Shown: positions 9,609 to 21,400, numbered from the stretch's first letter. The stretch: 64,000 bases of DNA from an uncultured Planctomycetota bacterium (GCA_963737655.1 CAVTTN010000002.1:2400001-2464000); one strand, 5' to 3'. Translations and numbers: made by a program. Notes: generated by a model from the letters alone, not told the origin.

Positions 9609-11264
9609 ATGATGAACACGCCCCCCGGACTCCGACCGATCGCCGACGTGGCCCGAGACCTCGGGATCGCCCCCGATCACCTCGAACCGTTCGGCCGGGA
9701 CAAGGCCAAGGTCCGCCTGGAGGCGATCGCCGCCGCCTCCGGTCGCCGAGAGGGCGGCAAGCTGATCCTCGTGTCGGCCGTGACGCCCACACCGGCCGGC
9801 GAGGGGAAGACCACGACGTCGATCGGCCTGGCCCAGGGCCTCCAACGGATCGGCAAATCGGCGTGCCTTGCCTTGAGGCAGCCGTCGATGGGTCCGGTCT
9901 TCGGCCGGAAGGGCGGGGCGACCGGCGGAGGGGCGAGCCGTCTGGAGCCGTCCGACACGATCAACCTCCAGTTCACGGGCGATTTCCACGCGATCACCGC
10001 CGCGCATAACCTCCTGGCCGCGGCGATCGACAACCGCCTCCACTTCGGCGATACCGAGCTCGACCCCCGGCACGTCGTCTGGAAGCGCGCCCTGGACATG
10101 AACGATCGCGCCTTGAGAAAGATCGTGATCGGCCTGGGGGGGCCGGGCCAGGGCGTGCCTCGGGAGTCGGGCTTCGACATCACGGCCGCCAGCGAGATCA
10201 TGGCCATTCATGGACTCAGCGAGTCGCCGGGCGACCTCCGGGCGAGGATCGACCGGATCGTGGTCGGCTACGCGAAGGACGGCCGGCCCGTCCTGGCCGA
10301 GGAGATGAAGGTCTCGGGCTCGATGGCGGCGATTTTGAACGAGGCGATCTTGCCGAACCTGGTGCAGTCTCGCGAGGGGACGCCCGCATTCGTCCACGGG
10401 GGGCCGTTCGCGAACATCGCCCACGGCTGCAACTCGGTCCTCGCCACGAGGATGGCCCTGGCCCACGCCGATTATGCCGTCACGGAGGCCGGCTTCGCCT
10501 TCGACCTCGGCGCCGAGAAGTTCTTTGACATCAAGTGCCGAGGCGCGAACCTGAACCCGGCCGCCATCGTGATCGTGGCGACGGTTCGGGCCTTGAAGAT
10601 GCACGGCGGGACGGCCCTGGAAGACCTGACGACGCCGGATGCGTCGGCCGTGGAAAAGGGGCTGGAGAACCTGGCCGCGCATCTCGACGCCGCCAAGCAC
10701 TTCGACAAGCCCACGCTGGTGGCGATCAACCGTCGAGGCGAGGACACCGACGCCGAGCTCGCCGCGATCCACGCCTTCTGCCAGGCCCGAAACGTCCCCT
10801 CGGCCACGGCCGATGTTTACGGGCAAGGAGGCGCGGGGGCGATCGAGCTCGCCGAGAAGGTCGTCGAGGCCACCGAAGGCCCGATTTCGCCCTTCCGCCC
10901 GCTCTACTCGCTCGATCTGACGGCCGAGAAGAAGATCGAGGCGATCGCGAAGGGGATGTACGGGGCCGACGGGGTGGCGATCCTCCCGACGGCCCAGACG
11001 AAGCTCCGCAAGGCGAGGAAGATCGGCCTGGGCGGCTTGCCGATCTGCATGGCCAAGACCCAGGACTCGCTGTCGGACAACCCCAAGCTCCGGGGCCGGC
11101 CCAGGGGCTTCACGCTCACGGTCCGCGACGTGGAGATCGCCGCCGGGGCCGGATTCCTCGTGGCGTTGACCGGAGAGATCGTGCGGATGCCCGGGCTCCC
11201 CGAGCGACCGGCCGCCGAACGGATCTCGGTCGATGACTCGGGGACGATTCGAGGGTTGAGCTGA
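9609..11264 (+). CDS. fhs: Formate--tetrahydrofolate ligase
   Basis: TPTPAGEGKTTT, KGGATGGG, VHGGPFANIAHGCNS, GAEKFFDIKCR and PICMAKTQ. Confidence 0.97.
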   Translation: MMNTPPGLRPIADVARDLGIAPDHLEPFGRDKAKVRLEAIAAASGRREGGKLILVSAVTPTPAGEGKTTTSIGLAQGLQRIGKSACLALRQPSMGPVFGRKGGATGGGASRLEPSDTINLQFTGDFHAITAAHNLLAAAIDNRLHFGDTELDPRHVVWKRALDMNDRALRKIVIGLGGPGQGVPRESGFDITAASEIMAIHGLSESPGDLRARIDRIVVGYAKDGRPVLAEEMKVSGSMAAILNEAILPNLVQSREGTPAFVHGGPFANIAHGCNSVLATRMALAHADYAVTEAGFAFDLGAEKFFDIKCRGANLNPAAIVIVATVRALKMHGGTALEDLTTPDASAVEKGLENLAAHLDAAKHFDKPTLVAINRRGEDTDAELAAIHAFCQARNVPSATADVYGQGGAGAIELAEKVVEATEGPISPFRPLYSLDLTAEKKIEAIAKGMYGADGVAILPTAQTKLRKARKIGLGGLPICMAKTQDSLSDNPKLRGRPRGFTLTVRDVEIAAGAGFLVALTGEIVRMPGLPERPAAERISVDDSGTIRGLS

Positions 11265-11441
11265 CGTCGAAGGGCCGAACGCCGCAATCCGCTTGAGGGT
11301 CTTGAAGGGCTTGTCGGTGGTCGAGCGATCGAACCACCGGGTCGCCTCGGACGTACTCGATCGAAGGGGGCTGGGGGCGGGACGTCGGTCAAGGTTCCCG
11401 CGATGGCCCCCCCTGCCCTTCTTCGCCGAGGACCACCGATC

Positions 11442-12353
11442 ATGAGACCCTCGCGACCGGCCGCCGCATCCCGAGGCATCACCCTGGTCGAGGTGGCCGT
11501 GGTGATGGGAGTCGTGCTGGTCCTTCTCCTGCTCGTGGCCATGGTCCTTCCCCGAGGCCGCGAGACGGCACGGTTGGTGGGCTGCAAGAAGAACCTGATG
11601 GAGATCGGCCAGGCCGTCGCCTATTACGACGGTGCCCAGGGGCATTTGCCGACCGTTCCCGCAATCGGCCAGGCGGGCGAGGCCCCGTTGCCGGCGATGC
11701 TGGGCTTGCTGGGACTGGGCGACTTCGGGCCGTTGAACGACCCGAAGCGGAAGGGGTTCGGGCGCCCGTCCGAGGCCCCTCCCGAACATTACATCTCGGC
11801 CTTCACCTGCCCGAGCGACCGCAGCGCCACCCGGGGCCGGTTCCCCGCGCCGGTCAGCTATCGGGCGAACGCCGGAGCGGACGCGGGCGGGGTGGACGGG
11901 CCGTTTGCTCCGGGGAAGGTCGTGAGCCTGAAGCAGGTCGAAGCGGCCGACGGCCAGGACTTCACCGCCGGGTTCGCCGAACGGCTCGTCGGCTCCGAAT
12001 CGGGCGAGCCCGACCCGATTCGCGATTACCGGCTCGCCCGAGGCCCGGTGGGCGACGACGGCTGCCCCGACGATTCGGATTCCGCCTGGGGCCTGGACGC
12101 CGGGTCCTCCTGGGCGCGGGTCGGCTGGGCGTGGTCCGTGTACAATCACACGCTCCGGCCCAACGGCTCCCCTTCGTGCGTGGCCAGGGACGGCAAGACC
12201 GCCCGGATCGGGGCCTCCAGCGAGCACGAAGGGACGATCCACGTCCTGATGCTCGGCGGGTCGGTCCGGGCGTTCTCGCCGACCGTCGATCCCGGGGTCT
12301 GGCGGAAGTTTGGCGCGATCGACGACTCCGGAAGGCTCAAGGCTTCGCCTTGA
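11442..12353 (+). CDS. DUF1559-domain prepilin-type protein
   Basis: RGITLVEV N-terminal cleavage motif, CKKNLMEIG, FTCPSD, YNHTLRPN and ASSEHEG. Confidence 0.85.
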   Translation: MRPSRPAAASRGITLVEVAVVMGVVLVLLLLVAMVLPRGRETARLVGCKKNLMEIGQAVAYYDGAQGHLPTVPAIGQAGEAPLPAMLGLLGLGDFGPLNDPKRKGFGRPSEAPPEHYISAFTCPSDRSATRGRFPAPVSYRANAGADAGGVDGPFAPGKVVSLKQVEAADGQDFTAGFAERLVGSESGEPDPIRDYRLARGPVGDDGCPDDSDSAWGLDAGSSWARVGWAWSVYNHTLRPNGSPSCVARDGKTARIGASSEHEGTIHVLMLGGSVRAFSPTVDPGVWRKFGAIDDSGRLKASP

Positions 12354-12816
12354 CCGCGGCCGGCTTCGGCATCCGGACGAGTTCCACGGCCTCGATGTTG
12401 CGGACCCAGCGGACGCGCATCGGGTCGCCCGGGATCAGGAGCTTGACCGGCCCCTGGTCCTTGTCCAGAGGCTTGCCGTTGCGTTCGAGGGCGAGAACGT
12501 ACCGCTCCCCCGAGTCGTCCATCGCCACGGAGGCGGCCGAGACGGCGGCCTGGTAGCCGTCGGTCCCCCGGATGATCAGGACGGCGTCGGACAGGGCGCG
12601 GAGGTCGCTCATGGCGGGCTTCGGCCCCTTCCACTGGTCCTCCAGGAGCGTGCGGAGCGGGACTCCTCGATACGAGGCCTCGCCGTCTCGCTCCTGGACC
12701 TTGATCTCGACTTTCTTCTCGATCTTCGCGAGGGCGGCGGGGTCGAACTTCAAGGGTTCGACCTGCGCGGGGGCGTCGGCCGAGAGCAGGGCCAGGGTCA
12801 TCGCGAAGGCGATCAT
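12337..12816 (-). CDS. Secreted protein with a molybdopterin-oxidoreductase-like (MsrP-type) domain
   Basis: Signal peptide; YRGVPLRTLL, GTDGY and NGKPL...GPVKLLIPGD..RWVRNI. Confidence 0.75.
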   Translation of the reverse strand: MIAFAMTLALLSADAPAQVEPLKFDPAALAKIEKKVEIKVQERDGEASYRGVPLRTLLEDQWKGPKPAMSDLRALSDAVLIIRGTDGYQAAVSAASVAMDDSGERYVLALERNGKPLDKDQGPVKLLIPGDPMRVRWVRNIEAVELVRMPKPAAVKAKP

Positions 12817-12928
12817 CAGCGGTTCCTTTCGCAGGGAGACAACGGGGTGGACAGGGGGATTGGGCTCGGCCTACGATCGTAGCCGCTCCGGCCCGAGGGC
12901 GGGGAGTGCCTCGGAGTGCTGAGCGTGG

Positions 12929-12949
12929 TTGGTGCGTTTCATGCACCCT
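12929..12949. repeat. Degenerate single REP-like unit (TTGGTGCGTTTCATGCACCCT)
   Basis: One mismatch to the unit seen at 27361, 39091 and 53992/54109. Confidence 0.7.
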
Positions 12950-12972
12950 CGATTGGTTCCCTGGAGGCGGGG

Positions 12973-13629
12973 ATGGGACGACGACCGGCGTTGATCTTTG
13001 ATTTTGGGAATGTGATTGCCCATTTCGATTTCTCGATCGCCGGGGCCCGACTGGGCGAGCCTCTGGGCATGGCGGGATCGGCGTTCATTGAGCATGTTCG
13101 TGCGCTGGGACTTGCTCAAGTCCTCCGAAAGTTGGAGAGCGGCCAGATCACGGGGGAGGTCTTCAGTCGCGCGGTCCTGGATATGGCCGGGCTGGACCTT
13201 TCTCACGAGCAGTTTGTTGCCGCCTGGGTGGATATCTTCTCGTTGAACGAGCCGGTGGCCCGCTTGATCCGGGGGTTGAAGGCGAAGGGGTACCCGTTGG
13301 TGCTCGGGTCGAACACCAATGACCTCCACTTCACGTTCTTCCGGGAGAAGTTCGCCGAGGCCCTGTCGCCGTTCGATCGCCTGGTGGTTTCGTTCGAGGT
13401 CGGCCACGTCAAGCCCGCGAGGGAGTTCTACCTCGCCTGCGCCGAGGCTGCCGAGGTTCCTCACGGGGATTGCGTCTTCATCGACGACATGGAGGAAAAC
13501 GTGGAAGGGGCCCGCGCCGCGGGCCTGGGAGCGGTCCACTATCGCGACCTGCCGTCGTTGCGGGCGGATCTCCTGGCACTCGGCGTCGAATTGCCGGACG
13601 ACCACCAAGAATCCTGGGCGGCTCGGTAG
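12973..13629 (+). CDS. HAD-family phosphatase (YihX-like)
   Basis: LIFDFGNV, GSNTN, VGHVKP and FIDDMEENVEGA. GGAGG RBS upstream. Confidence 0.92.
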   Translation: MGRRPALIFDFGNVIAHFDFSIAGARLGEPLGMAGSAFIEHVRALGLAQVLRKLESGQITGEVFSRAVLDMAGLDLSHEQFVAAWVDIFSLNEPVARLIRGLKAKGYPLVLGSNTNDLHFTFFREKFAEALSPFDRLVVSFEVGHVKPAREFYLACAEAAEVPHGDCVFIDDMEENVEGARAAGLGAVHYRDLPSLRADLLALGVELPDDHQESWAAR

Positions 13630-13647
13630 CCAATCCCTTCGGAGCAT

Positions 13648-13731
13648 CGAAACGAGTAGGTCCGACTTCAGTCGGGCCTCCAAGAATCCCCTTTTTTGTA
13701 GGCCCGACTGAAGTCGGACCTACTCGTTTCG
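13648..13731. repeat. GTAG-type REP doublet (32-bp perfect inverted repeat)
   Basis: CGAAACGAGTAGGTCCGACTTCAGTCGGGCCT (13648-13679) and its exact reverse complement (13700-13731), between convergent genes. Confidence 0.85.
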
Positions 13732-13915
13732 TCATTTTCAATGGGGTTTTCTACCGAGCAATCCTGGGCACTTCGGGGCACCGGCTCCTCTCGCGGTCGA
13801 GAGGAGCCGGTCCCCCAATTGTGCCCAGGATTCTTAAGGCCGGGGCGACCGGAGGGGTCGCCCGGGCCGTCGGAGTCGCGATGATTTCGCGGGACGCTTC
13901 GCGCCCGGCTCAGGC

Positions 13916-14710
13916 TCAGCGGAGGATCGGCTGGTAGACGCCGGACATGCTCACGACGTTGCTCGTCTGCGCGACCGCGAGGATTTGATTGATCGGGAGG
14001 AGTCCTTCGACCGTCCCGGTCGTCGCGTCGATGTTCTGGACCTGCATCCCCAGCGCCTCGAGCTGGGCGGCGAAGGCGTTCGGGTCGCCCGAGGACCGGA
14101 GGTCCACGCCCACGGAGCTTCCGACCACTTCCAGGCGGCTGCTGGCCGAGGCGATCGACGAGGAGCCGGTGGACTGGAGGTACAGGCTGGCGAGATCCTG
14201 CCCGGCCTTGGCGAGCGGCCCGTTCTTGAGGTCGGTCAGGTCGCTGGAAGTCGGCACGAAGGATGACCCTGCGGGAGTGGAGGAGGAGGCCGAATCGAGC
14301 GAGGAGGCGGTGGTCGAGGAGGTCAAGACGGTGGTGGCGGCCGGGGTGGTGGAAGTGGTCGTGGCGGCGGTCGTGGTCGGGCTGGTGGTCGGGGTCGTGG
14401 TCGGGGTCGTGCTCGGGCTGGTGGTCGGGGTCGAGGCGGCGGTCGGCCTCAGGGCGGCGAAGTGGGCGGCGTGGGCCTGCTGGCGGGCCGCCGTCAGGGC
14501 GAGCTGGTGAGCGTGGCGGGCCTGGGTGGCCTCCAGGCGATGCTCGCGCTGAGCCAGGGCCTTTTCGTGGGCGCGTTCGACGGCCTGCTGATGGGCCTCG
14601 ACGACCGCCTCATGATGGGCCGCCACCGCGGCGGCCGACGGCATCACGCGCTCATCGAGTCCTTCGAGGCCGGGGCGGAGCTGACGATCGGTGCGGTGGA
14701 GGCGAGTCAT
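13916..14710 (-). CDS. Secreted protein: planctomycete export motif, His/Ala-rich helix, Thr/Ser linker and stand-alone subtilase propeptide-like domain
   Basis: RPGLEGLDERVMPS N-terminal motif. The C-terminal ~115 aa align with residues ~51-172 of the 15452..26140 product, including identical KNGPLAKAGQDL. Confidence 0.85.
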   Translation of the reverse strand: MTRLHRTDRQLRPGLEGLDERVMPSAAAVAAHHEAVVEAHQQAVERAHEKALAQREHRLEATQARHAHQLALTAARQQAHAAHFAALRPTAASTPTTSPSTTPTTTPTTSPTTTAATTTSTTPAATTVLTSSTTASSLDSASSSTPAGSSFVPTSSDLTDLKNGPLAKAGQDLASLYLQSTGSSSIASASSRLEVVGSSVGVDLRSSGDPNAFAAQLEALGMQVQNIDATTGTVEGLLPINQILAVAQTSNVVSMSGVYQPILR

Positions 14711-15451
14711 CGGGCCACTCCTTGTCGCAGAACAGGACGGTGAGGCCGAGAAGTTTCCTCGGGCGAGGTCCCGCGCCGGGGACACAATCCCTCAAGGGCG
14801 CGAACATCGTTAGATGCGAGAGCATAAGGCAATCGGCGTGCCAAGATTCCCGGGGCTTGCCGGGGTCGGTCCGTCCGTGAGATCGTGGTCGGGGGCCGGC
14901 CGGCCCGCCCGATGGGTTCGTCCCAGGCGGCAGGGATCGCGCAACCGGAGGGTCCACCGAGGTTTTCCCGGGCAGGCCGGTTGACATCGCCGCCCCAGGG
15001 GCGAAATTGGACTCGATGCACGGATCGCGCCCCGCGCCGAAAGGGAATTCGCCGACCCACCTCGCTGCCCTTCCCGCTCCGTCTCGAATTTCCCTTCGGA
15101 TTCCGCTTGACTGCGACCTGACCGCCCGTAATGATTGAGTGCATGCATGGAGCCAATCATCCTTGGTATCCATTCCCGGGCCGTTCCCGTCGTCGTACTC
15201 GTCCCTGAGAGGGAGGGGCGTCGAGGGGCCAGTCCGGGCCTGGGCCGGAGGTCGATGGCCGACGATCGCGATGCCCCGGGGTCGGGGCGGCCTCTCGGCG
15301 GAGGTCTGTCGAGGTCAGGTCGAGCACGATGAGGCGCCGATTCGGGATGGCTTGATTTTTCGAGAGAGAAGAGATCACCCTCGTCCTTCTGAGATGGCCC
15401 CGGCCCCCGCCGGGGCGGGCCTCGGGGCGGGGCTAACCGGGGAGCCTGTCG

Positions 15452-18400
15452 ATGGGCAGCTTCAATGACAAGGGACGGGACCGCCGCTCGCCTCGGCGAC
15501 GAGGCCCGAACGATCGCGATCGACGGCGGCAGGCCCTCCCCATCCTCGAGCCGCTCGAGAACCGCCGGTTGCTGGCGGCTCCGGGCTACGGTCCGCCGAC
15601 GTGGGTGCCCACCACCACCAACATCGCCGACGTCAAGAACGGGCCCCTGGCCAAGGCCGGGCAGGACCTGATCTCGCTGTATCAGGAGTATCAGACCTAC
15701 CTGGCCAACGACGGCGTGGCCGGTCAGTTCCACTCCAAGCAGGCCGGGCGCCTGGAGATCCAGGGCACCAACGTCGGCGTGGACGTGAACGTCTACGGCG
15801 ACCTGAACGCCTACGCCCTGGCGGCGGCCCGCCTGGGGATGAAGATCGGCGCCATCGACACGGCGACCGGGATCGTCGAGGGCGTCGTCCCGATCGCGCA
15901 GCTGCCGGCCCTGGTGAACGTGGCCGGGACCGTCGGCGTGGCGCCGATCTACATGCCGTTCACGCACTCCGTCGGCTCGGCGACCGACCAGGGCGAGGCG
16001 GTCATGCAGGCCAACACGGCCAAGACGACCTACGGGGTCGACGGCACGGGCCAGACCGTCGGCGTCCTGTCGGACTCGGTCAGCCAGGTCGGCGGAGGGA
16101 TCGCCGACTCGGTGAAGACCGGCGACCTGCCGGCGGGCGTGACGGTCCTCCAGGACGGCCCGGCCGGCTCGACCGACGAAGGCCGGGCGATGCTGGAGGA
16201 GGTCCACGACATCGCCCCGGGGGCCAAGCTCCAGTTCACCACGGCCGACGGCGGCGAGGTCGCCTTCGCCAACGGCATCCGCTCGCTGGCCTCGGCCGGC
16301 TCGACGATCATCGCCGACGACATCGGCTATCCCACCGAGCCGTTCTTCCAGGACGGCGTGGTCTCCCAGGCCGTGGACCAGGTGGCCGCGCAGAACATCA
16401 CCTACCTGAGCGCCGCGGGCAACACGGCCGACAGCGGCTACCAGTCGGTGTTCCGGGGGGCCAACGGCACGGTCACCGGCGTCGGCTCGGGCCGGTTCAT
16501 GAACTTCGATCCCAACGGCGGGACGGCGTTGACCATCGGGATCAACGTCTACCGGCCCAGCCAGATCACGTTCATGTACGACAACCCGTTCTACACCACC
16601 AACGGGGTGACCTCGGACCTGGACATCTACGTCCTGGACGCGAACAACAACGTGGTGGCGTCGGGGACGACCAATAACATCGCCACGCAGACCCCCTTCG
16701 AGATCCTCCAGCCGGTGCAGCCGGGCCTGTACAAGGTGGCGATCAAGGTCAACGCGGGCAGCCCGGACGTCGGCCGCGTGGCCTTCTACGAGCCGGGGGA
16801 CGGCGGGTTCTCGGTGGACCACCAGTACGGCTTCGCCGGGGGGACGAACTACCCGACGACCAACGGCCACCCGACGGCGAACGGGGCCCTGGGGATCGGG
16901 GCGGTCCCCTGGTTCAACGCGCCCCCGTTCGACACCCTGCCGAGCTACTCCAACGAGCCGTTCAGCTCGTTCGGTCCTTCCGAGATCGTCTTCAGCCCGA
17001 CCGGGGCGCCCCTGGGGACGACCCAGGTCCGGCAGAAGCCCGACGTCTCCGGCCCCGACGGGATCGACACCAGCTTCTTCCCGGTCCCGGCGGCCCAGAA
17101 CACGCTCTCGACGCTGAATCCGCCGTTCCCGCAGTCCTCGGCGCCTCCGTACCCCGGGGAGCCGGCGACGGTCACCGGCGAGCAGGCCACGACGACGGAG
17201 CTGGACGGCAACGCGCTGCCGAACTTCTTCGGCACCTCCGCCGCGACGCCCAACGTCGCGGGGGTCGTGGCCCTGATGAGGCAGTTCTCGCCCTCCACGA
17301 CCAACGCGGACATCTCCTCGGCCCTGAAGTCCACGACGATCCCCCTGGACGGCACCCCGGCCGGGTCGTGGGGGGCGCAGTCCGGCTACGGGCTGGTCCA
17401 GGCGACCCGGGCGATCGCCGCTTTGGACACCTTCCACGTCACGGCGACCGACCCGCCGAACCTCTACGCCGAGACCTCGGCCCCCAGCCAGATCGTCTTC
17501 GCCTTCAACGGCGCCGTGGACCCCGGGACGCTCCAGCCGGGCGACCTGACCTTCCTCGGCACCCCGGCCGGGGTGACCGTCACGGTCGGCCAGCCCTACC
17601 TCGACCCGGCCAACAACAACGTCGTCCACTTCCCCCTGACCTACAACATCGCCGCCGGCGCCAAGGCCAACGGCGGCTACTACTACCAGCTCAACGCCAA
17701 GTCGATCACCTCGGCCGCGAACAAGTCCGTCGCCCTGTATAGCGGGGCCTTCGGGATCGCCGACACGATCGCGCCGAAGGTCACCAACGTCACGATCAAC
17801 GGCCGGTACATCAACATCCAGTTCAGCGAGGCGATGAACCCGGCGACGATCAACAAGACCGACATCTACCTGGAGAGGACCGGTTCCTCGGGCGTCTTCG
17901 GCAGCCCGACGAACGTGAACCTGAACCTCGACCCCCGGGCGATCGTCGCCTACAACGCGGCCACGAACACCGCGGTCCTGGACCTCAGCCAGCTCGACCA
18001 GTCCGAGCTGCCGACGGACCATTACGCCCTGATCGTCACCGACGCGACGACCGACGTGGTGGGCAACCGGCTCGACGGCGAGTTCTCCGGCCTGTTCCCC
18101 TCGGGCAACGGCGTGGAGGGCGGGAACTTCGTCGATGACCTGGGCGTCCGCACGCTGACTCCCCCCCAGATCCTCAGCCTCCAGCTCGCCCCGGCGTACG
18201 ACAGCGGGATCAAGGGGGACCAGAACACCAACAACCAGCTCCCGGCGTTCGTCGGCCAGGTCCAGGCGAACTTCCCCGGGACGGCCGGCGGCCTGACCGT
18301 CGTGGCCGAGTTCAACGCGCTCCACCAGGGGACCTTCGACCTGGCCCAGGGGGCCGGCGGCCGGGGGTTCACCGGCAACTTCGACGTCCAGGTGACGACC

Positions 18401-21400
18401 GACGCCCAGGGCCGGTTCGCCTTCGTCGCCCCGACGGCCCTGCCCAACGGCTTCCAGACCGTCCGGGTGGTGGTCGTCGGCGCCAGCGATTCGCCCCCCC
18501 TGCCCGGCCTCTCCTCGCTCCTGGAGAACTCGTTCCGGATCGTCACGAACAGCCCCCTGATCACGACCGACGGCTCGTCGATCCAGCAGGGCCAGAAGGT
18601 CCCGACGCTGACCAACGTGACGCTCGACGTGCTCGACCCGGTCCTCCCCTCGGACCTGGGCAACCCCCTGGCGGTGCCCACGCAGTTCTCCGTGCCCGCG
18701 CTGGACCCGGCCACGGCGGACAACATCAGCAACTACTCGCTGGTGAACCTCGGCTCGGATAACGCGATCGGCGGGACCACGTCCGACACCGCCGACAAGG
18801 ACTATTCGAGCTACATCACGTCGGCGAACTTCGTGACGACCGGGCAGAGGACCGCGACGAACGACCCGTTCCTGGGCCAGATCAACCTGACGTTCGCCCC
18901 GGGCCTGCCCGCGGGGCGCTACCTGGTGATCGCCCACCGTCCTCAGCCGGGCTACCAGGGGATCACCGACGCGGCCGGCAACCAGATCGACGCCGACCTG
19001 AACACCCCGGGCGCCCAGGACTTCGTCCTCGTCGTGGACGTGAACCCAACGCCCGCCTACATCACCGGCTTCTACGCGGTGACGCCCGACAGCCTGGGCG
19101 GGGCGCCGACGCTGACCGGCCCCAAGTCGTACTACGAGATCCCGGTGCCCGGCAACACGCCCCGGGCCGTCGCCCCGCCGAACCAGTTCTACATCGACTT
19201 CTCCAGCCCGTTGAACACGGCGGCGGACTACACCAACGACGTCGAGCTGATCCGCTCGGCCAACTCCCCCACGGCCGCCTCCGACGGCGACTTCGGGACC
19301 GACCCGACCTACACCAGCGGAGTGGGCTACACCCGCGTCCCGGGCGTCACGGTCACCCTCGTCAACTCGATCCTGGGCGCCACCTTCGGGACGCCCGGGT
19401 ACAAGAACCGGCTGGTCGTCTCGATCGCGCCGGGGACGAGCCTCCCGGCCGACCACTATCGGTTCTTCATCCCCAATGCGGTCCTGTCCAACGGTCAGGA
19501 CACGAGGATCTTCGACCAGTTCGGCAACCAGCTCGACGGCGAGTTCCTCGGGACGCCCAGCATCTCGGGCAACGGGACGTATGAGGACCTGCTGCCGACC
19601 GGGCAGTACCGGCCCGACGACCTCTCGGGCGACGGGACGCCGGGCGGCTCGTTCGAGACGGGCTTCATCGTCGTGCCCAACGGCAACATCATCTATGCCC
19701 GGCCGGACTACGTGGACGACCCGTTCCTGACCTCCGACGACCCCGACGGCAGCCTCGCCCACCCCTACCCCGTCCTGGCGCCGGAGGCCGTGGCCAACGC
19801 GGCCAACGGCGGCGACCTGAACAGCGTGGCGAACTTCGGGACCGGGTTCAACTCGGTGTACGACCGCTCGGGCAACGGCCACTTCGACCGCTCGGCCCTG
19901 TACGCGGCCGACGTGCTCTCGGCCAAGGGCCCCGTGGTGGTCGTCGCCCTCCCGGCGCTGAACGACAAGAGCAAGACGTTCGTCCTCCAGGCCCCCTCGG
20001 GCAGCAACCCGGTGGCCAACGACGGCTCGGCGACCGTCCCGTTCAACACCGACCTGGTGTTCGCCCCGGGGTCGGTGCTGAAGCTGAGCAACGCGGCCCT
20101 GTTCGTCCAGAACCAGGGCAGCTCGATCCAGGTGATCGGCGGGCCGAACCCGGCCGATCAGGTCGTCTTCACCTCGTACGCCGACGATTCGGTCGGCGGC
20201 GACACCAACGGAGACGGCGCCGACAGCTCGCCCCTGGGCGGCGACTGGGGCGGGATCGTCCTGAGGAACTTCGACGACACCTCCAACGGAGGCCGTCCGA
20301 TCCCCGAGGCCCCGGGCCCCGTCGATCCCCTGAGGAATCACCTGGGCGTCTCGGGCGAGGACGACGCGCTGTCGTACTTCAACTTCGCGCAGGTCAAGTA
20401 CGCCGGAGGGGCGGTCCCGCAGACGATCGGGTTCCGGTTCGACGCGATCACCAACTTCAACTCGCGGCCGGCGATCTCGAACATCGTCATCTCGCAGACC
20501 GGCGGGACGAACTCGCCCCAGGGCGCGATCTCCGGCGACGTGGACTCGTTCCGCGAGGACAACCTCGCCCGGGGCATCCTGGTCCGCCGAGCCACCCTGA
20601 TCAACAACAGCCTCAACGGCATCTACGTCCGGGCCGAGCTGACCGGAGTGGCCGAGCCGACCGACGCGATGACCTACCCGGATAACCCGATCACCCTGGG
20701 CGGCCAGCAGAACTACTCGTTCTTCGCCCCGGTCCCCTACGTCCTGGTGGCCCGCCTCGTCCTCGGCGAGACGCTCCAGCAAGACACCAACGGCAAGACC
20801 GTCGCGAACACCGACCGCTACTATTTCCAGCCCGGCACGGTCTTCAAGTTCCAGAGGGGCGCGGGGATCGACGTCAACAACCCGGGCGCCAGCCTCAACA
20901 TCGGCGACCGGACGTACATCAACGAGTTCGACGCCAACCCCAACCTCGCGCCGACCGACGCCGGCTTCAAGGCCCCGACCGTCGGCGACGCCCAGGTGGT
21001 CTTCACCTCCCTGTTCGACGACAACGCCACGACCTCGTATACCGACCCGAACACCGGCGTGGCCTCGACGATCGTGGCGCCGATCGACACGGACAACGGC
21101 GGGGCGGTGAACCTGCCGACGCCCGGCAACGTGCCGGCCCTGGCCCGCTGGGGCGGCATCGCGATCATCTCCGGGGCGATCTCCGTGATCGACGAGGCGG
21201 ACTTCCGCTACGGGGGCGGCTCGGTCAACTCGGCCAACGGGACGATCCCCCAGCGCGACGTCCTGGACTTCGAGCAACCCGGAGGAGGCCAGCTCACCGG
21301 GACCGGGGCGGGCGGGCAAATCGGCCTCACGCTCTTCGGCCAGCAGATCATCAAGGCCCTGGGCACCACGGCCTACACCACGAACAACACGTTCGAGGAC

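Noticed and set aside
15107..15135. Possible sigma-70 promoter TTGACT...TAATGA for the giant gene
   Set aside because: The -10 match and spacing are weak and cannot be supported without TSS data.
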